From NCBI RefSeq assembly GCF_036321535.1, contig NC_087437.1, forward strand, positions 81,780,001 to 81,844,000: DNA of 64,000 nt, in the 5' to 3' direction. Shown here in pieces: positions 50,801-64,000 of this stretch. The position numbers and the translations under genes were made by a program. Origin of the DNA: Camelus dromedarius. Lineage: Eukaryota. Below the pieces are notes generated by a model. That model ran no database searches. It was not told the DNA's origin and saw only the letters and a list, made by a program, of their open reading frames with translations. How positions within the stretch are numbered: the stretch's first letter is position 1; each line of letters starts with the position of its first letter.

Positions 50801-53800
50801 ATTCACATGTTTCATATACTTGGAAACAGAATGTTGCCAACCCCAAATCTATATTACTGGTCAGCTCCAATTATGGGCTATTTCAAATTTAATCTTTCAA
50901 TTAAATTTCAATTTTAATCACTATCTACTAAATCAGCTTTGTAAAAAAGTCTAGAAAAATTGATACTGGCATAAATATTTGCATACTTTTTTTGTTTATG
51001 TTTATGAGACTTCAATGACACTTCTTGTTACACGTTCTTGTGGACACTCCAAGAAAAGGCTAAAAGAACAGCTAGAACCAACCAGAGCAGAAAACAACTC
51101 ATAAATGAGGGTTCCTACAAATGTACAGTTAGATAAAGGCAGATATTTTAATCGAAACGTTAGAATGAAAGCGCAGGTGTGGTTTTGGCTGTTACAGAGA
51201 GAAGTGATGACAGAGGCAGAAAACAGGGAAGAAACAGGGATGCCAAGGACTGGGCAGCGAACTAGCTATGCTAAAAATGGTGGCTCAGTCTCTGGGATAA
51301 GGGAAAAAATAACAGAAGTGATTGTTTTCATCCCCACTTTTCCTCAATTTCTCTTCTACTTAAGGAGAGTTAAAGATAACAAGAGGGCATTGGTGTAAAT
51401 CACCAAAGCAACAGGACCAAACTCACCACCTGTGACTCCTGAAAAATGGGAAGAGGACCTTAATGCTAACATGTGGATTCCTGGCCTTTGGCTTCAGTCA
51501 GCCAGCTCTGCAATGGACTCTTCTCTGCCTTGGTCATTGTCCTTTGGGTCTTGAGAAGGCAGGCCTATGCTCCAAGCCATTGTTCTTTAAACAAAGTTGT
51601 GAACCGCTAACAGTTTTGTTTAAAAGTTTATAAAATGGTAACCACATTGCTACATCTCTGGAGTATCTCAAACAAAATGTGGTTCAAATTTCTTGTTAAA
51701 AAAAAAGAAAAAGAAGTTCAGAGTTCCTGAATAAACAAATAAAGACAGGCAATGTAGTTAACAGGCTTTGTGTGACCACAGCTATGTCATCTTGATCTGT
51801 TTCTTGCTTCGGGTAGAGGTCAGGGTGGGCCATTCAGCTAAGGAGCCTCTAACATGTCCAAAGGCTCAGAGCTGCCTGAGCAAGCTTCTATGTAAACTCC
51901 ACCCTGTAACTTGGCGGGACTGGTGGTGGGGGTTGGGTAGAGAAAGCTACCTTCACTACTGCCTGCCCTCTTCTACCCAAACACACAGACAGCATTTATC
52001 TTCATTTCAGGGAACTGAGAAGCCAGCTTTTCTCAGATGATGGCTAGGAGCCTTAATTTGGTCTTGGCCTTTGCGCCTATAAACAAATTAAGGGGGACAA
52101 ATGAACACTTCTACTAATTTAAAATCTGCATTAATGCAGCTGATTTAAATAAACCATGGGAGTCTTGGCAGGGTCCTGCTCATGGTTTTTACTAATAGGG
52201 GTTGATTTTTATGTAAAGATCAGCTGTTCATTGGTAATGCCTCCAACACAAAGTACAAAGACTCTTTTGTTAGGGTAGAAGACATAGGCCAATCTTAATG
52301 CAACAATTTGTTATTTGAACAAACATGCTTATTACAAAGCTAGTCAGGCCAAACCCAAATGTTTTCCTGTTTAAGTTTCCCAGGGGGCATTTTATAATAG
52401 CCAATGTAAGTGGCCATTCTAGAGCTTCTAATACCAGCACCCAACATGCATCTCTCCAACTTTGGTCCTTCACTGCCCATGCCTCCTTTTTGCTCAATAC
52501 TCACAATGATTGCTGTTACCTGCCCAATTAGTGCTTCCAACTGCCCAATAAAAACCAGATTCAAGATTTGAGGAAAAAATACCTAAAGACTCTAGACCTT
52601 CAGTTACACAAAGGGACTCATGCTTACAGCAGACTTTGCAAACATTAAAATGGCTATCCTGTCACTGGTTTGGTTCCCTGCCAATACCTGTATAGCATTC
52701 CCAAAGGAGCAACAGCCACCTTCAAAAGAGAGCTGCTCTGCTCAGGACTCAGGGTTCCACATGTGTCTTTCTGGCTGGCTCTCACTGTTCCCTTTGTTCT
52801 TGCTACCATTATGAGCTTCTGCTGTCTCCATGGTCAAAAGTGGGCCTCTCTTAAGGGGCCACTTACTCTGCTTATATGGTGAGACTTCTAATCAACAGTT
52901 GCCTTTTGAAGACTCCTAACCTGGGGTCACAGAGTGCACAGGGAATATACAAAAGTTGGGGAAGGTATTTCACAAAGTATAAACCTATATACTCCCAGTC
53001 AGTTGGTTGGCTCCATTTTTACAGAACTTAGCATCCCAAGCCTCAACCATACACATTTTCCTCCTCCATTGGCATCTGCACTGCCATGAACAGAAGACAT
53101 TACATTGCTTTTTCCTTTGAACTACCCTTGCCAATCTGCTCTGCCCTGGCAGAGCATGGACGTAGATGGAAAGGCTATTTTAGATGAGAGGGCTTAGCAA
53201 CATTCCCTAAACAGAAAATCTCTCTCCTATACACTTAAAAGAATTATAGAACACTTTTAATATAATTTAGTCCCTCATCCCAGATAAAGGAGAAAGCTGG
53301 CTTTGCAAGGTGTCATATTTGGTGGCCAAGTAAAGAACGAACAAATTTAGAGGAATCAGTGTCCTTGAGCTCGTTCTTTCAGTCGAACACTGAGTAGCTA
53401 CCGAATGCAAAGCACTGTGGGGGATGCAAAGCAGATCTTTACAAAAAAATGGAATGGAAAAGGCACTATCCTTGCTTTCAAAGAATCACCTGTTTAGTAG
53501 AGGAAGTAGAAAAAACATAAAAACTATAAAACAGTGTAGAATATGAAAAGTGTTGCAAGAGAGGTACAGATGAAGTGCCGGCATGACTCAAGGGAAAAAG
53601 AGAACACACTACCTGTGGAGAAGCAGAAATCACATTTACAACAAAGATCCAGTTTCTTCTGCAAGCATCTCATGCAAAGTGAAGGCTCTTAAGGCTTCTT
53701 CTACTTCTCTTTCCTTATTATCCCCTTTCCGAGGGCATTTATTTATCCTCTCACTGCCCCAAACCCTCTGTGATGAACTGGATAAGATGGCACATGTGTT

Positions 53801-54829
53801 TACTTTGAAGGACATATCTATTTTTGCCACAATCAGGAATTTCAGCAGAAGCACTTAAGTGAAATCCAGGTTGTGAGAGTCATAACTTTTCTTCATTTAG
53901 TTACTCATCCTCTGCCTCTTCTTTTAACCTAATCTCCCTCAACGGAGACCAGTCTTACCCAGCTGCAGAGATGGACTGCTACTCCCCTCAAGTATCAAAG
54001 CTTGCTTCCAGAAAAGTCTGTGGTCCTGGCCTGTGCCCACAGTCAATGCACTACCTCTACTCATGGGCCCTGGGGAGTTGCTGTTTCAGCTGTAACATTA
54101 ACTGTCCCCTAGTAAAGGAAAGTAGGACATTAGCTGTGCCTGGATGACTAGGTTGGAAAAAGTATTTTCTTCCTCAGTCTCTGTTATAAAGCTGTCTTGG
54201 ACCGTAACTGGTAACTGCCACCTTGGAGAGGCTGATACATGTGTTTGCTTTTCACCACAGTCTAATGAAAATTCCAGTTTGCACCACGTAGCTCCAGAGG
54301 TCCCCAAGTACAAAGTGACCAAAGCACCCCAAAATCTGATTGGCTCCCACCTTTCATGCAAATGAAAGATCATCTCACACTTCTTTCTCTGCTCTCCATT
54401 ATCTGGGCTAAAAGACTGACCACTGACACTCAGGAAGCTAAGCCTCTTCAGACCACCCTACCAGGAATGGAAGAGTCAGGAAAGGCTGACCCTCTTCACT
54501 AACTGCCTGGAAAAATTCTCCTCAAACGCCGCCAGACACCTTCACAACAGCACTCCACCTGAACCTGCAGCAAGGCCATCGCTCACTGCCCAGGCCTCAA
54601 GTCTCCCAGAAGCCTCAGTGACGCCAGTCCTCACAGCCTTGGCATTTTCAGCCACGGGCAAAAACACAAGCATCTCTGCTCAACAGTCCTCTCATCTATT
54701 TTATTTTCATTCCCATATAAATTTGTTCCCCCTTTTGGATTTTTCCCTTCCTCTCTGACTGCCCTCCAAATCCCTCCCATGGTGCTTTCTGAATCCCTCT
54801 GAAGACATATGAAACAGTGCAAAATCACA

Positions 54830-55035
54830 GCTTTGCAGTGAGGCAGATCTGGGTTCAAAGATTCTAATGTGGACTTGCTGTGTGACCTGAAATGATGCCT
54901 GTGGTCTCTTTGTGCCTTATGCCCTCACTTGTAAAGTCTAGGTGACAGTGATTGGTTTGAAGCGTCCCGTAAGGATGAGGTGTACAAAACAGCCAATACA
55001 GTACCTGATACTTCCTAGGTGCTCAATAAATGACA
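54830..55035 (+). mobile_element. MIR SINE
   Basis: 'ctttgcagtgaggcagatctgggttcaa...gctgtgtgacct...ctcacttgtaaa...aggtgctcaataaatg'. Confidence 0.75.
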
Positions 55036-56719
55036 CACATCGCTATTACTGGAAGCCGCACATGCTTAGCCTTCTCACATACTCCTCCTCCCTCCTCTCA
55101 TTCTACTCGCTGTCCAGCCCTTCCCCCAGGACTTACATCCTTTCAGTCTCTCAAGAGAAGACTGTTCATACTTCCATAGCCCAAGCCCTAAGCCTGGGGT
55201 AGTACTGTTCTCCAGGCTCCACAGCACTGTTTCCAGGCCATTTCTTGCCATTCATATCACTCCACCCCCGCCCCCTCAAGACTGAAGCCGTCTGCCCATG
55301 CCACACGTGTCCATTCCCAGTTCTGCCAGCTACTGAGTTTTCCTCATCATTCCACTTAATAAGGATTTTGGCAACTGGGTTTTTTTTTCCCTCTTAATTC
55401 CCTCCCCATTGTGGGTAGCCTCAACCTGAACATAGATGACCTTTATAAAATACTGTCTTCAGAGTTTCTCAACTCCAAAACCAATTTGCACACTCCACTT
55501 CAGCAATCCAGTTCCACAGCTACATGTGGAATGTTCTCCCTCTGAACACCTATGATGCTTTGCTTTACATGTCTGCCTCTCCTTGGGGAACTGTCAGTTC
55601 TTCACCACTAGAGATCACATCTTATTTGGTTTTTCACCCTTATCCTTAGGGTAGTGTCTGGTACACAGTGGGTGTTTAATGAGTATCTATGGAGTGAATA
55701 ACATGGCACATTTGTATAGTTTTTTTAGAACTTAAAATATCTTTATCCATTCTCTTATTTTATAACCACTTTAGGAACGCAGAAGCATTATTACAATTCC
55801 CCTGTAAAAATATGGAAATAAGGCTTGAAAAAATGAAGCGACTGACTCAAGGTTACATGGTTACGCCATAACAAATGCCTATATGTTACATCACCTAGAA
55901 GCCAGCTGGGGCTTTTCCTACCATCCCAACAATAAGAACAGCCTTCTTCCCCTGCTTTCCTTACCCTTGTGTACTTATTTCTTACAAAAATTTAAAAGAA
56001 AAATTGGAAAGAAGATAGCTTATTCATCTTATGTTCATATGAATAGTTCTGAGAGGAATATGCATGTCTGAGCTCCTGAGGGTCTCCTGCCATCAGAATG
56101 CATATTAAACTCTCAGGATCATCTTAAAAGAATTATGTAATGTTATATTTCATTGCCCCGAGTGTGAACACTAACATGATAAATGCTCAGTCTATTACCA
56201 ACATTAAATAGATTTTAAAACTGGAAAATGCAGAAGCACAATCTTGCGTTCTCTGATTAATTCAATCCTGGATTTAAGCTTCCTGATAAAGCCCACAAAA
56301 TGACAATCAGAACTCCTTTGGGTTACCAATGAAAAATGATCATTGGCAGAAATTTGAAAACTCTCTTTTAATATATAGAGTTCTGCAATTGGCAAAGCAA
56401 AAACAGGTTCTTGAACCACTCCAGGACATATCCCATACACAGCTGAATCCAATAAGTTCTTAACTGGAATCTGATTTACAATCCCAAACTGCAGAGTATC
56501 TAGTTTCAGGTAGTGAATGAAAAGTCTTTCTTATCTGGGTCATTTGCTATCTTTAAAGTGTTTTCCTAGTTTAAGGAAGCCGTGTTAAAAAAAGGGATTA
56601 GAGCTAATGGTTTCTTCTCATGGCAAGTTCCCACTCCTATATATGGCAATGATTTTTGTGAAATTCAACATTCTTCAGGAAGGTACGACTGTGCTAGATG
56701 CTGAGGGATACAAAATATG

Positions 56720-58440
56720 TACAGTATTTGTATGCTGAAAACTATAAAATGCTGATGAAAGACATCAAAGTTCTAAATAAATAAAGATACATACTATGTT
56801 CACGGATTGGAATATTTAACATGGCAAATACGTCTATTTGCCCCAAATTGATATACAGGGTTTATGTAATTCTAACCAAAACTTTAGCAGACTTTTTTTG
56901 TAGATATAAACAAGATAATTCTAAAATTTATAGGGGAAGGCAAAGGAACTAAAATAGCTAAAACAATGTCAAATAAGAAGAAAAAAGTGGGAGGAATCAG
57001 TGTATCTAATTTCAAGACTTACATAGCTATAGTTATCAAGACTGTGTTTGTTGCCGGGAGGATAGACACATAGATCAGTGGAACAGAATAGAGAATCCAG
57101 AAAGAGACTCATGCAAATATGACTGATCTTGACAAAGATGCAAAAGCAGCTCAACCAAAAAATTAAAAATAAAATAACAAATGGTATTGGAGCAACTGGA
57201 TATCCAAAGAGAAAAAAATAAAAAATGAACTTCAAGCTAAGCCTACCACCTTACACTAAAAATTAACTCAAAATTGACCATGGACTTAAATGTAAAACAT
57301 AAAACTAGGACTAACAAAGGGATCCTATACTTGACACTAAAAGCCCGGTCCATAAAGAAACATGGATACACTAGATTTAACCAAAATGAAAAACCTTTGC
57401 TCTGTGAAAGATTCCTTTTAGAGAATGAAAAGACAATCTTGAGATTGGAAGAAAATATTTGCAAACTACATACATGACAAAGGACAACTGTCTAGCATAT
57501 ATTAAGAATCCTCAAAATTTAACAGTAAAAAACCATACAATCCAATTACAAAACAGGCAAAAGGCACAAACAGACATTCACCACAGTGGACATACAGGTG
57601 GCAAAAAGGCACATGGAAAGATATTCCACATCATTAACTATTAGGGAAATGCAAATTAAAACCAAAATGAGCTATTACTACACATCTATCAGAATGGCTT
57701 AAATTTAAAAAATAGTGACAATACCAATGCTGGTGAGGATTCAGAGAAACTAGATCACTCATGTATTGCTGGTGTGAGTGTCAACTGGGATAGCCATTGT
57801 GAAAAACAGTTTGGCAGCTTCTTAAAAAACTAAAATATGACCCAGCAATTGTACTTCTGGGCATTTACCTCAGAGAAATGAAAACCTGGGTTCACTCAAC
57901 AAGCTATATACAAATGTTTATGACAGTTTCACTCATAACAGCCAAAAACTGCAAACAATGCAAATGTACTTTAATGGTGAGTTGTATGGTTAAACCCACA
58001 ATGTGGAATATTATTTGGCAAATAAAAGGAACAAACTATTGGCCCAATAGCTTAGATACATCTCCAGAGGATTATGCTGAGAGGAAAAATTCAATCCCCT
58101 AACATTATATACTGTATGATTCCACTTCTATAACATTCTTGAAATAAAATTATAGAAATGGAGAACAGAATACTGGCTGCTAGGGTTTAAGGAGGTGGTG
58201 AAAGAGAGAGGGAAATGGCTGTAGGTATAAAAGGTCATCACTCTTGTGGTGAAAGAAATGTTCTGTATCTTGATTGTACCAATGTTAACATCCTGGTTGT
58301 GATGCTGTACTATAGTTCTGCAAGATAGTATCATTGTGGGAAAATGTGTAGAGGATACATGGAACCTCTCCATATCATTCTTACAATTACATGTGACTCT
58401 ACAATTATCTCAAAGTAAAAAGTTTAATTAAAAAAATCAA
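56720..58440 (+). mobile_element. 5'-truncated L1 (L1MC/L1MD-like): ORF2 C-terminal part plus 3' UTR
   Basis: 'gctgaaaactataaaatgctgatgaaa', 'gatcagtggaacagaatagag', 'ttagggaaatgcaaattaaaacca', terminal 'tgtgactctacaattatctcaaagtaaaaagtttaattaaaa'. Confidence 0.9.
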
Positions 58441-60019
58441 AAGTATATATATATATATATATATTTTTTTTTTTTACATAAAAAAAAGTGAGAAGATATG
58501 TATCAAGAATCTTTACCCCTAGGTAGTAGTGAAGCAGTGATTTTTTTTTTCTTTTGGATTATTCAAATTTTTCTAAAATGAACATTCATTGTTAAAAAAG
58601 ACATCAGCTTTAAGTCCAGAACTAACCTTTAATGACATAGGCTGTCCAAATCAAAATACTTGGTAACATGTTAGGCCAGAGGTCCCTATACGTTGGTTTT
58701 GAGATTTTAAGGGGTCCAGTTTAAAATGAACTATCTTTTCCTTTTTAAATTTCATATTTTTTCAATTTTTTCCATTCTGTATTCTGTTTCTTCAGTTATT
58801 CGGTAATGTCTAATCTCTCAAGGCACTTAAGAAATTATAGAAATTACCACTTTATGGGACCTTTAGCCTCAGGATGGATCATACATGGAGAAAATTATTT
58901 GTATTCAGGAGAATAACACATCTATGGATAGCCAAACTAAATGGAATTTGATTGGAAAGTTCCAGCAGTTATACTTGGAGTGAGGCTGTCTCATGAGAAG
59001 AATGGAACTGTGATTCTAACACTGAGGTATCAGATTTTTCTGGTACTTAGTCGCTTAATTCGAAAGGATGCTGAATGCAGGCAGTTAAGTCCTTAGTCCC
59101 GAGGATAAATCAAAGTAAGTATGCATAATTCTTCCTGAAGGGGAGCCTGAGAATAGTAATAGTTATAAAAACGTACTTTTGCTCAAGGCTTATTAGATAC
59201 TAGGAATTATTCTAAGAGCTTAACATGTATTCACTCATTTAATCGACTTATGGTCTTCATACTGGGGTATTAGGTATGCAAATATTCTGTAAGATGTGTA
59301 CATGCACTAGTATTTTAAGGAAATTATTCTCCAGACCTTAACTTTCACTTGAACTTCATTTTTTAACTGCCTGAGAATCCACCTGCATTCATATGAATCC
59401 CTTCTCTTTACTCAAAGACAAACTCCTCATCCAAGACAAATCTTACTATACAGTTCATTGCCTTGGACTCCATTGTCTTTGGAGTATACGAACTTCCTGG
59501 AATTCAAAACATGTTATGATGAGAAAGACTACTGGTTTCAGGGACAAGTGCTTTAATCGAGGCATTTCCAACTGTCAACAGTCCTATCTTTTCCGTCTCA
59601 TACTTATTAGTAAAAACATGTGAAGCTTAGTTGGTGCCAAGATGTTCTGAATTTTTAACAACAGCCAAAGCAGAATAGGTAAAGAATGCTGATTCTTTCG
59701 CATGTTATATGTATGTTTTCTGGGAATGCTAAATTACTCAGATACATACCTAAAATATATGAATACTTTTTTTATGGTTTCTTTTCAATTCTCTTTGAGT
59801 TATTCAGCAAGGTAGGTAAAACTTAGTTTTTCAAATCATGTCAACTATTTGAGCCACAACCAATTCTCATCTTAATTCATGTTACACTTTTTTTTCTACC
59901 TTTCATTATCAAAAATATACTTTGAAACCTATGATAGAAAGTTTTAGGTTTCAACTTAAAACTGTGTGAGGATGTATACAGTTTTTCTAAATTATTTTCA
60001 GAGAAATTTTTTGAAGATC

Positions 60020-60210
60020 TCTATTAAAAACAACTCTATGATGTAGATATTAATTTCTTCATCCTCATTTTACAAATGTGGCATAAATGAGGCCCAGAGA
60101 GGCTGAGTAACTTGCCCTAGAACACACAGCTCCTAAAGGTCAGAGTTAAGATTCTAACCCGAGGAATCTGGCCACAGAACCTGAGCTCTTAATCATCACA
60201 ATACTGTCTT
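60020..60210 (-). mobile_element. MIR SINE
   Basis: 'cctcattttacaaatg...gaggcccagagaggctgagtaacttgccctag...ctcttaatcatcac'. Confidence 0.8.
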
Positions 60211-61844
60211 TAGAATTTCAATTAATATTTATTCAGGCCAGACATGGAATCAGAACAATGTATCTTTGATTCAAAAGAGGAGACACTGAACAAAGACTTT
60301 GTCTTAAGAAAATTCTGGAAAATGTCTACAAAGAGAAGTTAAGCTTGTATCTAATGACACTAGTAGGAAATTGTTAGTTTTCCAATATTATTTTTGGTCT
60401 CTTCTGGAGGTGGCTGAAATAGGAATTTGGGATGCTCAAGTGGCTTGAAATACCAGGATTATCTAGAAAATTGAGGAGCCATCATGTCTTTCTAACATGT
60501 CAGACATTTAAATCAGAACATGTTTACACTTCTAGTAACAGAGTAACTTATGATGCTTACTACTTGGGAATATAGAAGAAGCCATACACTGCTAAGTATC
60601 TTTACAATCTGGTGCTCTTTCCTTGTTATCTAATTTTCCACACTTTGCTTCTTCCCTTACAAAACATGAAGTCTTTCCAATCAAATTCCACAAAGTTCAT
60701 GTATTAAAGCATTTTGTTTCAAGGGAAGAGGACACATGGGGACAGACACACACACACACACACCCCATACACATAACCCTCTTATAGACAGGGCTCCAAG
60801 AATGACATTTTCCAAATGACTGTGGGTTAAGATACTTGTAAGCCCAAGTTGCTTTGCAAATGTTTAACTAAGTTCAAGTTTTCTTAAAATATACTTTTGA
60901 CTACATGGGATGGAATGAAGCAGGCAAGTCTGGGGAGGGCTGGAGACACCACATTTGCAGGGGAAGGCTGGCCTGTGATACTGGCACACCTACAAGGAGC
61001 CCCTTGGAGAGTGTCAGTGGGACCACTCGTGTGAGTCCTTTGGAGACATTTTCCTCTGCATTCAGGTGGCCTACTTACACAGATCTCACTCTTCACTTTG
61101 ACAAAACTCATACTCAGTAAGGCAGGGAAGGCAATGGGAAATGCAAGAGAATATGAGTGCAACTCCAGAATGGTTTGCTGTGGCTTTGGAAAGACTGAGG
61201 CTGGTAATGCAGAGAAAGAGCCCAGGCAAGGGACCCCAGAACAGCTTTACAATCTACCATCCTGGAGGCCCTGGATTAGTCACCCATCTCCAGGACCTGT
61301 CTTGCTCTCAAAGGCCATGACTCAGAAAGTCTGAGGTGGAACTGACTTCTCTATATTTATTAGAAAATGTTATAAGGTAGAGAAATAACTTCTTCCTTGA
61401 AAAACCATGATCAGCATGATGGAATCTCATGCTTACATTCCCAGCTGCACTTTTCCAAAAGGTGTTTTCAATTATTTTCAGTGAGCTAATGCTCCCTTGA
61501 CTATCTTAAAGTCTTAGAAGAACAGGACAATTAAATTTGAATCTTGAAGAAAACAGAGCAAACAGCTGCACAGTGGGCACAAATGCCTGGGGCTCGACCA
61601 GAAGTGGCACTCTGAGTGCTTCACAGTCCTCGGAGCCACTGCCCAGGAGCAAGTCCTCCAGGAAAGCTGTTCAACTGGGGCAAGCGCAATGCCAAAACAG
61701 TGCAGCAAGGAACTCTGAGAAAACGTCAAGAATGTTTTCTGTGGTCACATGCACCCATAGTTCTATTATGAGGAACACTGGCTTGCCTTGGGGTGGGGGT
61801 GGGGTAGGGAAGATAGTGTGTGACTTCCAACTCTCTTTGAATTT

Positions 61845-62010
61845 TGCTTAGAACCAGGAGACCTTAGAGATCATCTAATTCAATTCCTACATTTCACAGT
61901 TGAGGAAGTGTAAAATGAAGGACTAGATGACTTGCTCTAGGTCAGCTACCCAGCTAGTTCGTAAGCAGCAAAATAGAGACTAGAACCCAGCTGATTCTAC
62001 TGCACACGCT
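61845..62010 (-). mobile_element. MIR3-like SINE fragment
   Basis: 'gaccttagagatcatctaattcaa...atttcacagttgaggaa...gacttgctctaggtca...gactagaaccc'. Confidence 0.7.
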
Positions 62011-62557
62011 ACTTAAAAAGCCTGTCTGAATCTTCCTCAGTTATGCACTGAGGATCATCTTCTCCAGATTACTAAGGAACAATGAAATCTTACTTTAAAC
62101 AAATGCCTAATGAAACTGGTATTTATATTATACATACTATTTCTGTAGAGAGGTATCTTTCCCTTCAGAGGTAAGTATCAAGAACACCATTCAGTCATAG
62201 AATACTATATAAAGAATCATAATGAAAAATGCTTAATTCCACTCCATTAAACTAAAGCATGATTATTTTTGAAATGTTTCCTGCTCCATATGTTTTTTGG
62301 TTGACATAAGTCTTTGACCTATAGGTGAACGCAGAAAAATCTTCATATCTTCATCTCCTCTTTAAGGCTTTTAATTAAGTTAGTTCATTATTTCTATAAA
62401 GTTAGTAAAACTAAAAAGAAATTAAATTTTTGAGAACTTAGCCATTATTATGTAGGAAAGAATTGGAAAGCCATTTAAGTTTCCTGGATGGTTTAGCTCG
62501 TGGGTATGAAGTAGTATGAGGAAAATGCAAGTGAAGCCCAATAAATAAAATAATTCC

Positions 62558-63029
62558 TGTAGGGCAAATACAGTCAAAGAATTGGAAAGCAAATCAATAA
62601 AATTACTAAATTTCTTTAAGCCACTGGAAACAAAGGCTAGATATTGGAATGTATTAAAACAGGATAAGGCATTCCAAGCGTTGGATAAATGGGCCCCTAG
62701 ATAGTTAAGATGCATATCTCAGGAAGAATTTCAATTACCCTAGATTTTTGCATCTTCCCATACAATTGAAAAGCACTAAAATCATCAACCTGAGATATCT
62801 GTTCTTTGTGATTAGCAGGAGTCTTTTTACCAAAATATATGCTTAACTACACGTTTTTCCTAGCCAAAAAAATTCATGTATACACATGTATACACTCCTC
62901 CCCTACTTCTTTGGAGCAGTTTACTCTGAGCTTCTGAGTGGCTGTTTCCCAGGCTATAGTCCTCAGTAAGACTGTGCATAAAACTTAAACTCACAACTCT
63001 CATGATATGTGTCTTTCTTAAAGCTGACA
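62558..63029 (+). mobile_element. ERV1-class solo LTR (MER41-like, artiodactyl type)
   Basis: TG...CA termini (TGTAGGG...GCTGACA), near-perfect 5-bp TSD attcc (62553-62557) / atacc (63030-63034), U3/R-like 'ctttggagcagt...gctgtttcccaggctatagtcctcagtaag...ataaaactt'. Confidence 0.65.
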
Positions 63030-63817
63030 ATACCTAATGTTAATTATATTAGATAAATATTTAATCTGGGGTACAGAAAACGGATAAAACAGTCCTTGGT
63101 GGTGCTTCCTAATACTGATGCTTCCCAGAGCAGAGGTGGGAAACTTCCTTATTTCATCATGGATTGCGTTCTTTCTGGAGAGTGTCAACCATGATTGATT
63201 TATACACATGTAAACAGTGACTTTATTGGTGCTGTTAAAAAAATTTCTGAGTCAGAGGCCGAAACATTTTAAAAGTAAAACAAATTTTATAAAGTTTAAA
63301 TGACAAAAGGTAAAAAAAAAGAGATCATTTAATAATTACTACTTGGAAAAAAGAAACTGGTCCTACATTGTCATGAATTAAGGAATTTTAAAAGCAGATG
63401 GAGAAGAGAGAGAAAAATAGGAAGAAAAAGAAATTCCAGGGCAAAAAGGACATCAAGTCAGGATTAGAAAAACAGGAGACTCGTGGGAGCAGTGAAGAGG
63501 GAAAGAGGAGATAAAACACTACAGAGGAGGAGAGAAAGGGAAGAACAAGAACTTGATGTCCACATAAGACTGGGAAAATTGGTATGTTCCAACAGCCTTG
63601 AAAATGTAATAAGCATTTTCTCGGCAATTTATCACGAATTATCAAGGTATAAAATATTTACTTTCCACCAGTGTTAATGTTTTGGATATGTGTAAGGGAA
63701 TGATTTAGGTTTCAGAAATTTATTTTAAAACCAGAAAGGTATCTGCCTGCCTGTGTATAAGCTATGCCCTGATATATTTCCTTTAATAATAAGAACTTAC
63801 TCCACTGCATTATTTTT

Positions 63818-63950
63818 TTTGAGGTGGGGAAGTAATTAGGTTTGTTTGTTTGTTCTTTTTTGTTTGTTTACTTAATGGAGGTACTGGAGATTGAACCCAG
63901 GGCCTTGTGTATGCTAAGCATGCACTCTACCACTGAGCTATACCCTCCCT
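63818..63950 (-). mobile_element. Camelid-type tRNA-derived SINE, full length
   Basis: Reverse complement begins GGGAGGGTATAGCTCAGTGGTAGAGTGCATGCTTAGCAT...GGCCCTGGGTTCAATCTCCAGTACCTCC; perfect 17-bp TSD tccactgcattattttt (63801-63817 / 63953-63969). Confidence 0.92.
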
Positions 63951-64000
63951 GTTCCACTGCATTATTTTTAATTAGGAGGGCCATCACCCCTTAATGAGAT

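Noticed and set aside
60481..60526. Cluster of CATG-centred p53-like half-sites
   Set aside because: Only one half-site fits RRRCWWGYYY and the spacing does not form a canonical full site.
1..64000. Prokaryote-style systems (CRISPR arrays, operons, defence islands) or intact ERV/L1 coding ORFs
   Set aside because: The sequence is mammalian intron; I saw no regularly spaced repeat-spacer array and all transposon ORFs are disrupted.

Overview
Eutherian mammalian genomic DNA, most likely a camelid (alpaca, llama or camel): it carries camelid-type tRNA-derived SINEs and artiodactyl-type L1 3' ends, and I saw no Alu, B1, PRE-1 or Bov-tA/BovB. The window is almost entirely intronic. The one confident coding exon is the 89-bp exon 2 of CMSS1 (C3orf26 orthologue) on the minus strand at 9493-9581, which the ORF track misses. 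About 30 kb away, inside CMSS1 intron 1 and on the opposite strand, is a GC-richer promoter and non-coding first exon ending in a consensus donor (AAG|GTAAGT at 39999/40000). It fits exon 1 of the nested antisense gene FILIP1L. The rest is transposon-derived sequence (HAL1, several L1s, MLT1/MLT2/ERV1 LTRs, MER53/MER58A/MER81, MIR, L2) and unique intronic DNA. The listed ORFs are spurious or decayed repeat remnants, apart from two possible uORFs. I found no convincing new biological system. The best leads are small retrotransposition events (a polyadenylated mRNA 3' fragment inside an L1, and a tiny double-poly(A) L1 insertion beside the CMSS1 exon 2 branch point) and uORFs in the FILIP1L leader. 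Gene and repeat names come from recall of known sequences, not database searches, and boundaries of old repeats are approximate.
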